From contig CAWGJT010000010.1 of NCBI GenBank assembly GCA_963822965.1, forward strand, positions 928,001 through 992,000: DNA of 64,000 bases, read 5' to 3'. The position numbers and the translations under genes are program-made. The notes beneath the pieces are model-generated. The model saw nothing but the letters and a program-made list of their open reading frames with translations. It was not told the DNA's origin and searched no databases. The stretch is from an uncultured delta proteobacterium (GTDB lineage Bacteria > Myxococcota_A > UBA9160 > UBA4427). Below, in pieces: positions 29,559-40,078 of the stretch; within the stretch, counting starts at the first letter, position 1; every line of letters begins with the position of its first letter.

Positions 29559-31733
29559 GTGCAGCGCATCGACCCGCGAGTCTCGGTCGGACGGGGTGAC
29601 CGCTGCCCCGATCGCGTACGCCCGGGCGCACGCTGGGGGGTGCCCTGCGTCGCTCTAGCGCTGTGCCTGCAGCTCGTCGCATGGCCGGCGACCGACGGGC
29701 AGGCGGCTCGCCTGGGGCCGCCCGAGGGCAGCAGCGGCTGGCTGGAGGCGCAGAAGCTCCTGGAGCGTGCCGGACCGGCCCTGGCGGCGGCCGCCGACGC
29801 CTGGAAGCGCGGGCGATCGCCTGCGCGCCGAGTGGCTGCTCTCCGAGGTGTCGCTGCGGCATCCGGTGATCGGCGACTACGCGGACTGGATGCGCGCCCG
29901 GGTGGTGCTCGAGCTCGAGCGGCCGCAGGACGCCGACGGCGTGGTCGAGACCGCACTGGCGAGCCATCCCGATTCGCCCCATCCGCGACGAGCTGCTGGC
30001 GGTGCAGGGCGACGCCAAGGCCGGTCTCCAGGACGAGGAGGCCGCGCGGCGGATCTGGCGCGTCGCCCTCGACGAGAGCCGCGACGGCGACCTGCGCGCC
30101 CGCCTGCTGCTCTCGACCGCGAGATCCCAGGAGCGAAGCGGCGACGAGCCGGCTGCCATCCAGACCCTCCGGGCCGTCTGGCACCGCTATCCGCTCAGCG
30201 AGGAGGCACGGGCCGCGGACGCGCGACTCGCAGAGCTCGAGGCCAGCCGGGGCGTGCCGCTGCGGACCGCCATGGACTGGAGCCGCCGCGCGGACAGCCT
30301 GTACCGCGCGCGCCGCAATCCCGAGGCGCTCGAGGCCTACGACCGGGCCCTCGAGCGTGGGCTCTCGCAGTCCCAGCGAGCCCGCGCCCTGCGGCGGCGC
30401 GCCCAGACGCTGTTCCGCATGCGCAGCTATCCCGCCGCCGTCGAGGCGTTCGGCGCCTTGCCGCAGACCAACGACGTGCCGATCTGGTATGCCCGCTCCC
30501 TGGCGCGGGCCCATCGGGTCCCCGAGGCCATCGCACACTTCGAAGAGCTCGGCAGCCAGCGCCGGGGCTCGAACGCCCTGCGCGCCCGCTTCCTCGCGGC
30601 GTTGCTGCTCGAGGGGCGGGGACAGACCGAGCGCGCACGCAGCTACCTCGAGAGCCTCGTGCAGGCGCGCGGAGCGCACGGCCGTGCGTCACGCGGCCCT
30701 CTGGCGCCTGGGGTGGGGTGCGTTCGAAGAAGGGCGCTACGCGGAGGCCATCCAGGCGATCGAGCAGCTGCTGCGCGAGGACCAGCGCGATCCGATCGGC
30801 CGGCTCCGCTCTCGCTACTGGCGTGCGCGAGCCCTCGAGCAGCTGGGCCGCGAAGGACCGGACTCGACCGCGGTCCAGCACGCGCTGAGCGAGTACGAAG
30901 CCATCGCGCAGGAGTTTCCGCTCACCTACTACGGCTGGCGCGCACGCATGCGGCTGCCCGAAGAGGTGCGCACGCGCGTGGACGCGCCGCCGCCGCCTTC
31001 GGAGGTTCCCGTGCCGGGCAAGCTCCAGCTCGCCGACGATCAGATCGCACGGGTGCGCATCCTGCTGGAGGCGGGCTTCGTCGACGACGCCCTCGAGGAG
31101 CTGTCCCGGGCCGCGCGGCGTGCGGGCAGCCTGGCGGATCGGCTGGCGCTCGCGGAGCTCTTCCGCAGCGCCGGCAGCTTCCAGGGCGCCCAGCGGCTGA
31201 TGATCGACCCGTATCCCGTGACGCTGGCCCGGGGACCGTCCCCGACCTTCGAGGAGCTGTGGTGGCACGCCTTTCCGGCCGCCTTCCTGGACCTCGTCGA
31301 GCAGGCGACGGCCGCGCCTGGCAGCGTCGACCCCGCGCTGGTCTTCTCGATCATGCGCGAGGAGAGCGGCTTCCGCCCCGAGGTGGTCTCTCCCGTCGGT
31401 GCGCGGGGCCTGCTCCAGATCATGGAGCCGACCGGGGCGCGTCTGGCCCAGGCGGTGGGCCACCCGAACTTCACCGCGGACGACCTCTTCGAGCCGCGCG
31501 TGAACATCCGCCTGGGCTCCTACTACCTGGGCGAGCTGTCGGACCAGTTCGACGGGCGGCTCTCGGCGGCCATCGCCAGCTACAACGCCGGGCCCGAGGT
31601 GGTCTCCCGCTGGCTGCACGACCGTCCCGACGTGGAGGACGACGTCTGGGTCGAGGCCATCCCCTACGAGCAGACCCGCAGCTACGTGAAGCGCGTGCTG
31701 CGCAGCCTCCAGGCCTACCGGCTGCTCTACTGA
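29559..31733 (+). CDS. Soluble lytic murein transglycosylase (TPR + SLT domain), frameshifted
   Basis: C-terminal IMREESGF, GARGLLQIM, ASYNAG, IPYEQTRSYVKRV; TPR-like N-terminus split over frames. Confidence 0.85.
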   Translation: MQRIDPRVSVGRGDRCPDRVRPGARWGVPCVALALCLQLVAWPATDGQAARLGPPEGSSGWLEAQKLLERAGPALAAAADAWKRGRSPARRVAALRGVAAASGDRRLRGLDARPGGARARAAAGRRRRGRDRTGEPSRFAPSATSCWRCRATPRPVSRTRRPRGGSGASPSTRAATATCAPACCSRPRDPRSEAATSRLPSRPSGPSGTAIRSARRHGPRTRDSQSSRPAGACRCGPPWTGAAARTACTARAAIPRRSRPTTGPSSVGSRSPSEPAPCGGAPRRCSACAAIPPPSRRSAPCRRPTTCRSGMPAPWRGPIGSPRPSHTSKSSAASAGARTPCAPASSRRCCSRGGDRPSAHAATSRASCRRAERTAVRHAALWRLGWGAFEEGRYAEAIQAIEQLLREDQRDPIGRLRSRYWRARALEQLGREGPDSTAVQHALSEYEAIAQEFPLTYYGWRARMRLPEEVRTRVDAPPPPSEVPVPGKLQLADDQIARVRILLEAGFVDDALEELSRAARRAGSLADRLALAELFRSAGSFQGAQRLMIDPYPVTLARGPSPTFEELWWHAFPAAFLDLVEQATAAPGSVDPALVFSIMREESGFRPEVVSPVGARGLLQIMEPTGARLAQAVGHPNFTADDLFEPRVNIRLGSYYLGELSDQFDGRLSAAIASYNAGPEVVSRWLHDRPDVEDDVWVEAIPYEQTRSYVKRVLRSLQAYRLLY

Positions 31734-31852
31734 GCGCGAGACCAGGTACCCGCCGGCCGGACGGGGATCCCAGGGCCTCTCCCGGGGTGGGGCTCGAGTC
31801 TCGGCGACGATTGCCGATGAGAGGGGAGAATCCGCACCCGAGGAGATTCGGC

Positions 31853-32360
31853 ATGCCCGGGATCGCACCCGCCGCGCGGGGCCGCCGCCAGCGCGGCAAC
31901 ACCATCCTGGTGGCTCTGGCGTTGCTGCTCGTCATCGCCTTCGGCCTGGGGCTCAACTACGTCCGCAACACCAGGATCGACCAGCAGGAAGAGAAGAAGC
32001 AGCGGCCCTACGCGAAGTACCAGACCCAGGACCTCGACAAGCTCGCCGAGGGATACCGCATGGAGCTGCGCGCCGCCGAGGCCCGGCACGGCGCGGGTCG
32101 CGTGAAGACGCGGGAGCGCTACCACTTGGCAGAGCAGGTCCAGGAGTTCGAGCGCGTGCAGAAGGCGGCCCGCCGGGCCCGGACCCAGGCGGGGGAGGTC
32201 GCCCAGATCGAGGCGGATCTCGCGGCGATCGAGGCCGAGCAGAAGCGACGAGGCCGGCGACGGGGGCACGCCAGATCCTCGGCCGCATCGCCGCTGCTGA
32301 GCGGCTGGAACGAAGTGTTCCGCATTCTCGGCCGGGCCTCGCGATGCGGCCGGGTCAGTC
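31853..32360 (+). CDS. Membrane-anchored hypothetical protein (3' end uncertain)
   Basis: RBS AGGAG; RQRG followed by a TM segment and coiled coil; probable frameshift ~32250. Confidence 0.5.
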
Positions 32361-32383
32361 CGGGTCCGCGCGCGCGCGTCCGT

Positions 32384-33094
32384 TCAGTCGTCGTCCGATC
32401 GGTGCCGAGTCCGGTCGAGCGCGCTGTCCACCTCCCCGTCGTCCACCGCCGAGGCGACCTCCGCATCGTCGAACATGGCGTCCGGCTCGCCGGCGGCGTG
32501 ATCGCCGTCGAAGTCGTCCTTCCCCGTCGCCAGCTCGTCGTCGTCGTCGAGCAGCGGCGCCATCGGGTCGCACCGACGGTCGCTTCGGCTTCGGGGTCTC
32601 CTTCGGCGCCTCACGCGGTCGCTCGCGCTGGTCGGCACCGCACTTCGGGCACAGCGGCTCGGGCTTTCCCATCAGGTAGAACTTCGTTCCGCAGGAGAAG
32701 CACTCGAACTTGAAGCCGTATTTCGGGTGCGGGATCTCCGAGAGCGGGACCGGCTTGCCCTTGGGCGTGGGCTTGGCCGGGGCGCTCGCCGGTGCCCTTC
32801 TCGCCGGCAGTCTTCTTGCCGCCTTTCTTGACCGCGCTTCTTCCCGCTCTTCTTGTCGGCCGCCGCCGCCTCGGGCGGCCGGGCAGCCGCCTTGGCGGCC
32901 GCGCCTTCCGGGCCGGGGCCTTCTTCTCGGCCTTCTTCGGGGCGGTCTTCTTGGCGGTCGCCTTCTTCTTGGCGGCCTTCTTCTTGGCGGTCTTCTTCTT
33001 CGGCGGCTTCTTTTGGCGGTCTTCTCTTGCCCGTCGCCTTCTTCTTGGCCGCGGCCTTCTTCGTGGTCTTCTTCTTTTTCTTCGTGGGGCTCAT
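32384..33094 (-). CDS. Histone-like Lys/Ala-rich + FYDLN_acid-like zinc-ribbon protein (frameshifted)
   Basis: KKTAKK repeats, CFSCGTKFY...CPKCG, acidic tail, across three frames; ATGA overlap with the upstream gene. Confidence 0.7.
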
Positions 33095-34560
33095 CGATCC
33101 CTTCCCGCGGTTCGAATTGCGTTTCCTGCTTCGGCGAGGCTCTTGAATCCTGCACTCCGGACGTCGCCGGGCCGTCGATCAGCGAGTGGTCGATCTCCAG
33201 CCGGGCGACGTCGTCCGGGACGTGGATCCCGCCGCTGGACGAGCCAGCGGCGGTACTGGGCCGTGAGAGCCCGCCGGCACGTCTCGGCGGAATCGGGCCC
33301 TTCGGCGTTCTTGATCGGCGCGAACTCCTCGGTCGCGGTGGTCTCCACCACGCAGACCTGCGAGGCCTCCCGCAGCGCGTCGAAGACGAAGCGCTCGAGC
33401 TTGTAGCCGTTCGGCTCCGCGGGCGCATGCGGTCGGCCGTCGGCGTCGACGAACGGGACCGCCTTGGCCGAGAGGTGGAAGGGCAGCAGGCGGTAGGCGT
33501 CGTCGGCGACCCGGCGGACGAAGCCGGTATCCAGCAGGTGGATGGCGATGCTGCCCGCCCAGAACCGGAGCCCGCCGTCCGGGTCCCGCGCGTAGCGTTC
33601 CTCGTCCGCGAGCTCGGTGTACTCGACGACACCCACGTGCCCGTCGACCCGCGCGACGACTCCCACCTTTTCCATGGGGTCGACCTTGCGGACCACCTTG
33701 CACGACATCTCCGCACCGGTCTCCGCGTGGAACCCCAGGTAGACGGGGTCGGCCATCTTCACGAGCGGGTTGTCCACCTGGTAGTAGAAGAGGATGTCGA
33801 TGCCCCGCTGCGCCATGTCGTCCAGGGCGCCCGACGACTCGAGGGCGGTGAGCGAGCCCCCGTGCCCGTTGGGGCTCTCGAAGATCCGGTCCGGCGCCTC
33901 GAGGATGAGCCGACCCTCGAAGTCGAACGCCGGCACCATGTCCTGCTGGAAGATCCAGACGTCGGCGGGATCGAGCCCGAACCAGCCGTGGTCCTCGAAG
34001 GCCTGACGGGTCTCGGCGTCGGTAGCGTCGCTGGTCATGATGTACCAGGGCAGGGTGCCCCCGGTGCGGCGCGCCAGGCCGCGGATCTTCTGGGCCTGGA
34101 TCTCGAAGAGGGTGCGATCGGTGACGGGACCCACCGGGAAGCAGCCCTTGGGATGGGGGAAGCCGAGCCGGGTGCCTTGCCCCCCGGCCACCAGGAAGAT
34201 GCCGACGCGTCCGTCGGCGAGCAGCGCCTCGCCGCGCTCGCGAGCGGCCTCGGCGCGCCTCGGATCGCCGCCGTTCTCGGGCAGCGGGATCGCGTCCGCC
34301 GGCTCGATCTTGCGGCGATTCTGGGGGCCTTGGCCCGCGGAGGCGGGCAGCGCCGCGCGATAAGCCCGGACGAGATCGTCCAGCCAGGGCTCGATGCGCC
34401 GCAGCTGGCCCAGCAGCCGCTGGCGCCCGGCGTCGTCGAGGCGATCCCAATGGGCGAAGACGTGCGCCTGGCCGTGGCGGCCGAAGCTCGTGCGCAGATC
34501 CTCGACCGTCAGCTCCGAGGGCCGTCTGGGCGTGTGCTGCGCAGCCAAGTCCGGCGTGAG
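33091..34560 (-). CDS. UDPGP type 1 family (UAP1-like) nucleotidyltransferase
   Basis: AGGQGTRLG..PKG, PNGHGG, QVDNPL, EKVG, KLERFVFD, EFAPIKN. Compensating frameshifts near the 3' end; start approximate. Confidence 0.88.
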   Translation of the reverse strand, partial: LTPDLAAQHTPRRPSELTVEDLRTSFGRHGQAHVFAHWDRLDDAGRQRLLGQLRRIEPWLDDLVRAYRAALPASAGQGPQNRRKIEPADAIPLPENGGDPRRAEAARERGEALLADGRVGIFLVAGGQGTRLGFPHPKGCFPVGPVTDRTLFEIQAQKIRGLARRTGGTLPWYIMTSDATDAETRQAFEDHGWFGLDPADVWIFQQDMVPAFDFEGRLILEAPDRIFESPNGHGGSLTALESSGALDDMAQRGIDILFYYQVDNPLVKMADPVYLGFHAETGAEMSCKVVRKVDPMEKVGVVARVDGHVGVVEYTELADEERYARDPDGGLRFWAGSIAIHLLDTGFVRRVADDAYRLLPFHLSAKAVPFVDADGRPHAPAEPNGYKLERFVFDALREASQVCVVETTATEEFAPIKNAEGPDSAETCRRALTAQYRRWLVQRRDPRPGRRRPAGDRPLADRRPGDVRSAGFKSLAEAGNAIRTAGRDR

Positions 34561-34768
34561 CTCCTGTTGCTGCTTGGGGTTCCCTGAGGGTCGAACGGCG
34601 GGCCTATAGCACAAGCCGCCGGGAAGGGGAAAGCGGGAAGGGAAAACCCCCGCCCCTGGGCCCGCGGTCCCCGCAGGATTCCCTCTCGGGGATTTCGTAG
34701 ATGGAGACGGCGTTCAGGGGACGGGTCGCCAGGGCTACGCATTTCGGAGACAAGAAACGCCTGGCGGA

Positions 34769-34783
34769 TGGCACAATGAGAGC
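34769..34783 (+). promoter_or_regulatory. Possible sigma54 promoter of the PEP-CTERM gene
   Basis: TGGCAC-AATGA-GAGC gives GG-N10-GC spacing, but the -12 element is non-consensus. Confidence 0.3.
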
Positions 34784-34809
34784 GGGACGACTCCGAGGAG
34801 GTGGTTCCC

Positions 34810-35511
34810 ATGCGAATGCTCCCTGCGAGGCTCCTGGTCTGGATCCTGTCGGTCGTCGCGCTGGTGGCGGGGGGTGCGCCGCCCGTCGGCGCCTGGGCGG
34901 TGGCAATGAACGTCCGGGGCGGCGGTCCGCTGTCGTCGTTCACCACGAGCGACACGGTGACCCTGGATCTCTTGCTGGACGCCGAGCCGGGCCTCCAGAG
35001 CTTCTCCGTGTCCGTCCTCCACAACGACGTCCTCGGCTACGACCCGGTCGCTTCGGCCAGCCTGCCCATCGTCCATGCGGCTCCGCCGGCCTCGTACGGG
35101 ACCACGGGCGCCCGACCCGCGTACATTCTCTACGCGCCCGGTCCGCCGGCCGCGGCCCTCTATCCCGTGCCGGGCAGCGCCGCATGGCCAGCCTGGCCGA
35201 GCCCGCCGGCCGGAAAGGGGCAGGAGAAGGTGGACTACGCGACCGGCTCCCTGGCCTCGACGCTGGCGTCCGGAACCGGGATCTGGATTGCCTCCCTGGT
35301 GCTTCACGTGACCGCGGAGTTCGACACGGCGGAGATCTTCCTGGATCCGGGGGGCATCATCATCCAGGCAAACGGATCCGCGATCGACCCGGCCAGCGTG
35401 ATCCTTCCCGAGCCCATCGTGCTGACGGGCCACGCCGTCCCCGAGCCGCTGACCGGGCTGCTGATGGGCGCTGGCCTGGTCGTCGCTGCGGCAGCCTCCA
35501 GGCGGCGCTAG
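34810..35511 (+). CDS. PEP-CTERM sorting domain protein
   Basis: Signal peptide; C-terminal VPEP, TM segment, RRR. Confidence 0.9.
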   Translation: MRMLPARLLVWILSVVALVAGGAPPVGAWAVAMNVRGGGPLSSFTTSDTVTLDLLLDAEPGLQSFSVSVLHNDVLGYDPVASASLPIVHAAPPASYGTTGARPAYILYAPGPPAAALYPVPGSAAWPAWPSPPAGKGQEKVDYATGSLASTLASGTGIWIASLVLHVTAEFDTAEIFLDPGGIIIQANGSAIDPASVILPEPIVLTGHAVPEPLTGLLMGAGLVVAAAASRRR

Positions 35512-35623
35512 AGGCGCTCAGAACCCTCGCAGCAGCAGGGCGAGCCGCGCCGAGAGGGGGGCGTCCGTAGACGCCCGGGGTGAGGCGCCGTCGCAATGCC
35601 CCACGCGGGCCACGTTCAATCCA

Positions 35624-35651
35624 ATTTGACATAATCCATCTTATCGGACAT
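35624..35651 (-). other. dif: XerCD dif recombination site (probably chromosomal)
   Basis: Minus strand ATGTCCGATAA-GATGGA-TTATGTCAAAT: 11-6-11 layout, XerD arm one mismatch from TTATGTTAAAT; AT-rich and intergenic. Confidence 0.88.
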
Positions 35652-35656
35652 TGGAT

Positions 35657-35715
35657 TGTAGTACCCAGATAGAAGTGTCCGCTCTCTCCAAAGTAGAAAT
35701 GTCCGCTTTCTCCAA
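35657..35715. mobile_element. Orphan IS1202-family-like terminal end next to dif
   Basis: Begins with TGT 5 bp from the XerC arm. Carries a 22-bp direct repeat TAGAARTGTCCGCTYTCTCCAA at 35670 and 35694. No transposase or second end seen. Confidence 0.65.
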
Positions 35716-35851
35716 CCGGCCGGGGTGACGGACTGCGTGCGTCGTCGTCGGGTCGAGAGTGCCCTTGGCCGGCCCGCAGGCCCCGGACGGCGTGTCCGGC
35801 CTCGCCGGGTACCCAGCCGGCGGCCTGGGCTCCTGGGGCACGCGGCGCGCT

Positions 35852-36625
35852 TCAGTCGGGCTGGCTCATCCGCTGCGAAGCCTGCAGCTCCAGCAGCCGC
35901 GAGCTCAGGTGCTCGGGCAGGAAGACGTCGGGGTCCTCGCTCTGGACCCGCGCGAACACGCTGAGGGCGCGGTCGGTGTCGCCGCCTTCGGCGTAGCAGC
36001 GCGCGGCCTCGGCCCGGGCCGTCTCGCGCAGCGGGAAGTTCGGCACGTCGGCGGCTCGCTCGTAGGCCTGCGCGGCATCGGTCCAGCGGGCCTGCTCCTC
36101 GTAGACGGACGCCATCCGGAGCGCAATCAGCGCGGTCAGGGTGTCGTCCTTGGGAAGCTCGCCGAGAGTGGCCTGCCAGGTCTCCAGGGACGCGTCTAGC
36201 TGCCCCAGCTCTTCCTGGAGATCTCCGACCTCGAGCCCGGCCATGGCGCCGGCCCCCGTGCCCGCGTACTCCTTCGCCACCGCCTGGAAGCGGCCCACGT
36301 ACTCCTCGCGCACCTTCCGGGCCGTCTCGGGGTTCGCGGGCTCGGGGACGACGACCTCGTCCGCCGAAGCGCCCATGGCGCGCCGGAAATCGGCCTGGAC
36401 GGTGCCGATGGCCGCCGAGGCCTCCTCCCGGGCGTTCTCCCGCTGCGCGTTGACCACGCCCCAGCCTGCGGCCAGGAGCAGGATCACGGCGCCCACCCCC
36501 AGCACGATCCGGGGGTTCTCGATCATCCAGTTGGTGATCTGGTCGCCGAACGACTCGATCTCGTCCAGGGTGTGAGCCAGGGATTCGGGCTCGTTGCGGT
36601 GCTTCGCCTTCCGGGGTCGGGCCAC
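35852..36625 (-). CDS. YfgM-like membrane-anchored TPR protein
   Basis: GTG 36625; single TM segment then TPR-like helices; downstream of der. Confidence 0.7.
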   Translation of the reverse strand: MARPRKAKHRNEPESLAHTLDEIESFGDQITNWMIENPRIVLGVGAVILLLAAGWGVVNAQRENAREEASAAIGTVQADFRRAMGASADEVVVPEPANPETARKVREEYVGRFQAVAKEYAGTGAGAMAGLEVGDLQEELGQLDASLETWQATLGELPKDDTLTALIALRMASVYEEQARWTDAAQAYERAADVPNFPLRETARAEAARCYAEGGDTDRALSVFARVQSEDPDVFLPEHLSSRLLELQASQRMSQPD

Positions 36626-36803
36626 GCCTGGGATGCTCCTCTGACAGCCGCAACTGAACGACAAGCGCGAACGCGAGGCGCCTGCGCTCCGGACCCCTTC
36701 CGGAGCGGACCGCCGAGCGCCTCGTGCGGGGCGCGCAGTGTAGACGAGCCGGCCAGCCGCCGCCGAGGGGCCGAGGCGCCCGCCCGGGCTCGCGGCCTCG
36801 GAT

Positions 36804-38274
36804 TCAGGCGCCGCGTCCGCGCCGGCGACCCTTTCTGCGGGCGGGCTTCGGCTGGGTGCCCTTCTCCCGCGCACCCGGGGCGCCCTCTCCGCCCGGCGAT
36901 CGCCCACCGGCCCTCGGCCCGCCCTCCTTCCGGGCGCGGGCGCGCAGCCGCAGGCGGATCGGGGTGCCCGCGAAGTCGAAGGCCTCTCGCAGCTTGTTCT
37001 CGAGGAAGCGGCGATAGGACGCCTGCACCGCCCGGGGCTCGTTGCAGAACAGGACGAAGGTCGGCGGACGGACCCCCGTCTGGGTGGCGTACAGGAAGCG
37101 GACGGCCCGGGCACGCCCGTGTGGCGATCCGCGGCGGGCTCGTGCCGCTGCACCACCTGTTGCAGCCAGCGGTTGAGCGCCGGCGTCGAGACCCGGTGTC
37201 GGCCAGCTTCGGCCGCGGCGCGCACCGCCGGCAGCACCCGCCGGATGCGCGCACCGGTGAGCGCCGAGACCGGGACGATCTTCGGCTGGGGAAGGAAGCG
37301 CAGCCCGTGCTCGATCTGCGCCAGCACCCGCGCCGCCTCCCGCTCGTCCCGATCCACGCGATCCCACTTGTTCGCCAGCACGACCACCCCGCAGCCGCGC
37401 TCGCAGATCTCGGAGGCCACGTGCGCATCCTGGTCCGTCAGGCCCTCGGAGGCGTCGACGACGAGCACCGCCACGTCCGCCATCTCGAGCGAGCGCACGG
37501 TCATCAGCGCGCTGCCGCGCTCGGCGGTCCGGTCCCGGCGGCCCGGACGGCGCAGGCCTGCCGTATCCATCAGGCGATAGCGAACCCCGCCCTGCTCCAG
37601 CCGGACGTCGACACGGTCGCGAGTGGTGCCGGGCTCGTCCGACACCACCACGCGTTCGGCCCCGACCAGGCGGTTCGTGAGCGAGCTCTTGCCGACGTTC
37701 GGCCGACCGACGAGGGCGATGCGGATCTCGTCGCCGTCCGCGCCACCCTGCTTCGGCGCGGGGCTCGGGCAGCTGCGCGACGAGCGCCTCCAGCACGTCG
37801 AAGCACCCCCCGCCGTGCTCCGCGGAGATGGCGGCGACGGTCTCGAAGCCGAGGCGATGGAACTCGGCGAGCCGATCGGCATGCTCCGGCCGGTCGATCT
37901 TGTTGACCGCCAGGGCCACGGGCTTGTCGCTGCGCCGCAGGGTGCGGGCGATGGCCTCGTCCTCGGGCAGCAGGCCCGCCTTGCCGTCGACCACGAACAG
38001 GATGGCGTCGGCCTGCGCGACGGCGGACTCGGCCTGGGCCTGTACGGCGGACTCGAGGCCCACGTCGGGATGGGGCTCCAGGCCGGCCGTGTCCACCAGC
38101 AGGAACCGACGTCCCTCGAGCTCGATCTCCTCGGCGATGCGGTCCCGGGTGATCCCCGGGCGGTCGTCGACGAGGGCGCGCCGCTGGCCCGGCATAGCGG
38201 TTGAAGAGCCGCGACTTGCCGACGTTCGGGCGGCCGACGATGGCCACGATGGGGAGCGCGTCGCGGGGCGACAT
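36804..38274 (-). CDS. der: Ribosome biogenesis GTPase Der (frameshifted)
   Basis: Two GRPNVGKS / DTAG / NK(I/W)D GTPase domains and the C-terminal YATQ..PPTFVLF...GTPIRL. Confidence 0.95.
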
Positions 38275-38428
38275 GGATGAGCTTCCTCCCGGGATGCGGG
38301 CCACTCGGATCCGAAGGCGCGGGCCTCGCGCGGCTCGCCTGCCTCGAGGGGCCCGGGCCGAGCCGCGTGGTCCGGCAACAAGATGCGCCAACTTCCTGCC
38401 GGCGGGAATTTTCCCGCGGGTTTTTCGC

Positions 38429-38457
38429 TTGACAACGAAGCGCCAGCCCCGTAGCCT
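38429..38457 (+). promoter_or_regulatory. Possible sigma70 promoter
   Basis: TTGACA-17 nt-TAGCCT upstream of the 38545 ORF. Confidence 0.45.
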
Positions 38458-38544
38458 GATCGCGGTCGGGCGTCCCGTCTCCGACCCGGAGGACGCGCAG
38501 TGGCCCGATCTCGCGCACCGCCACTCGCCCCGTGGGCCTCGCCG

Positions 38545-39036
38545 ATGCGGGCGCTCCGTTCGCCGGGTCACGCTGGGCGCTGGTGCTGGCCCTCGTCCTG
38601 CTCCCGGGCTCGCCGCCTCCTCCGCGCAGGCTTCGCCCGAGACCCTGCGCCGCTCGGTCGGCAACCTGGTCCAGGCGCCGCATCGACGTGGTGCTGTCCC
38701 GGTGACGGCGGGACGCACGCCTTCCAGAACCTGCGCGACGTCGACGACACCTGCCCGGTCAAGATCTTCTATGCGGCGCCCGGCTACATCTGGCTCACCG
38801 GCGTGCAGTTCGGCGCCGCCGTGCTGCGCGGGATCGCCGGCGCCTCGAGCTGATCCCGGGCATCTTCCTGCTGCCCCTCGAGACCGACATCGCCCCGCTC
38901 TTCGATCCCGGCGGACCGCGGCGCCGCCATGTCGAGATAGGAGAACCCCCTGGCCGAGAACGACGTGATGCGCTGGGTCCCGATCGTCACCTGGAACGTC
39001 CGCTTCGGCGTGACCTACACCTCGGCCGAGTACTGA
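38545..39036 (+). CDS. Exported hypothetical protein (frameshifted)
   Basis: Coding-like segments across frames: [51 protein letters not shown]. Confidence 0.5.
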
Positions 39037-39039
39037 TCG

Positions 39040-40072
39040 CCGGCTCGCGCCGCGGCCCGCCGACGCCTGCCGCTCCGAGGAACTCCTCGACCGCCTCGCA
39101 GGACGGCCTTCTCGTCCGCCGGATCGAGCCACACCGCGTCCTGCGACCTTGCGCAGCCAGGTGCGCTGCCGGCGCGCGAACCGGCGCGTGTCCTTCTTCA
39201 TCTCGACGCGCGGCGTTCGCGAGGGTGTCGAGACCGTCGACGACCGGGTTCATGTGGCGGTAGCCGATGGCCTGCATCGAGCGCAGCTCCGGCCCGTAGC
39301 CGCGCGTCGCGCAGGCGGCGCACCTCCCGCAGCAGGCCGGCCTCGATCATGTGCTCGCAGCGCCGGTCGATGCGCGCGCCCAGCAGCCTCGCGTCCGGGG
39401 TCGAGGGCCAGGTGCAGCCGCGGGTACGGCGCGGTCTTCGAAGCCGTGGTCCGAGCGCACGCGGGACGCGGTGCGGCCCGACTGCTCGCAGATCTCCAGC
39501 GCGCGGATCGTGCGCCGCAGGTCGTTGGGATGGATGCGGTCGGCCGCCTCGGGATCCCATTCCGCGAGCCGCCGGTACAGCTTCTCGGGGTCGCCGGCCG
39601 CCAGCGGCGCGTTCGTGCTCGCGCTCGAGGCGCTCGCGCAAGCCGGGGTCGGCGCCGCCGTCCGACGACGAGGCCGTCGAGGAAGGCGCGGATGTAGAGC
39701 CCCGAGCCGCCCGGCCAGGACGACCAGCGTGGCCGCGCCCGTGGATCGGCGGCGGCCGCGGTCCGGGCGTCCGCCGCGTAGCGGCCGGCGCTGTAGTCGG
39801 CGTCCGGATCGACGATGTCGAAGAGGTGGTGCGGCACCCGCGCCCGCTCCTCGAGGCTCGGCTTGGCGGTGCCGATGTCCATGTAGCGGTAGACCTGCAT
39901 CGAGTCGGCGTTGACGACCTCGCCGCGCGAAGCGCAGCGCGATCTCGATGGCGAGCGCGGTCTTGCCGGCGGCGGTGGGGCCGGTCACGACCACCACGGG
40001 CCCGCTCCCGGCGGGACCCGTCGCTCTGGTCGCGCGGTGCGGCCCGATCTCGCCTGGCGGTCGTTCGCTCAT
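39040..40072 (-). CDS. miaA: tRNA dimethylallyltransferase (frameshifted, end approximate)
   Basis: [56 protein letters not shown]. Confidence 0.93.
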
Positions 40073-40078
40073 CGCGCG

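Noticed and set aside
25444..31733. Very long ORFs of 1292 aa and 1330 aa as giant proteins
   Set aside because: They are GC-rich shadow frames that capture pieces of queA, tgt and the lytic transglycosylase through frameshifts.
34810..35651. PEP-CTERM gene as a pdif-type mobile module
   Set aside because: Only one dif site was found; a module needs two flanking sites.
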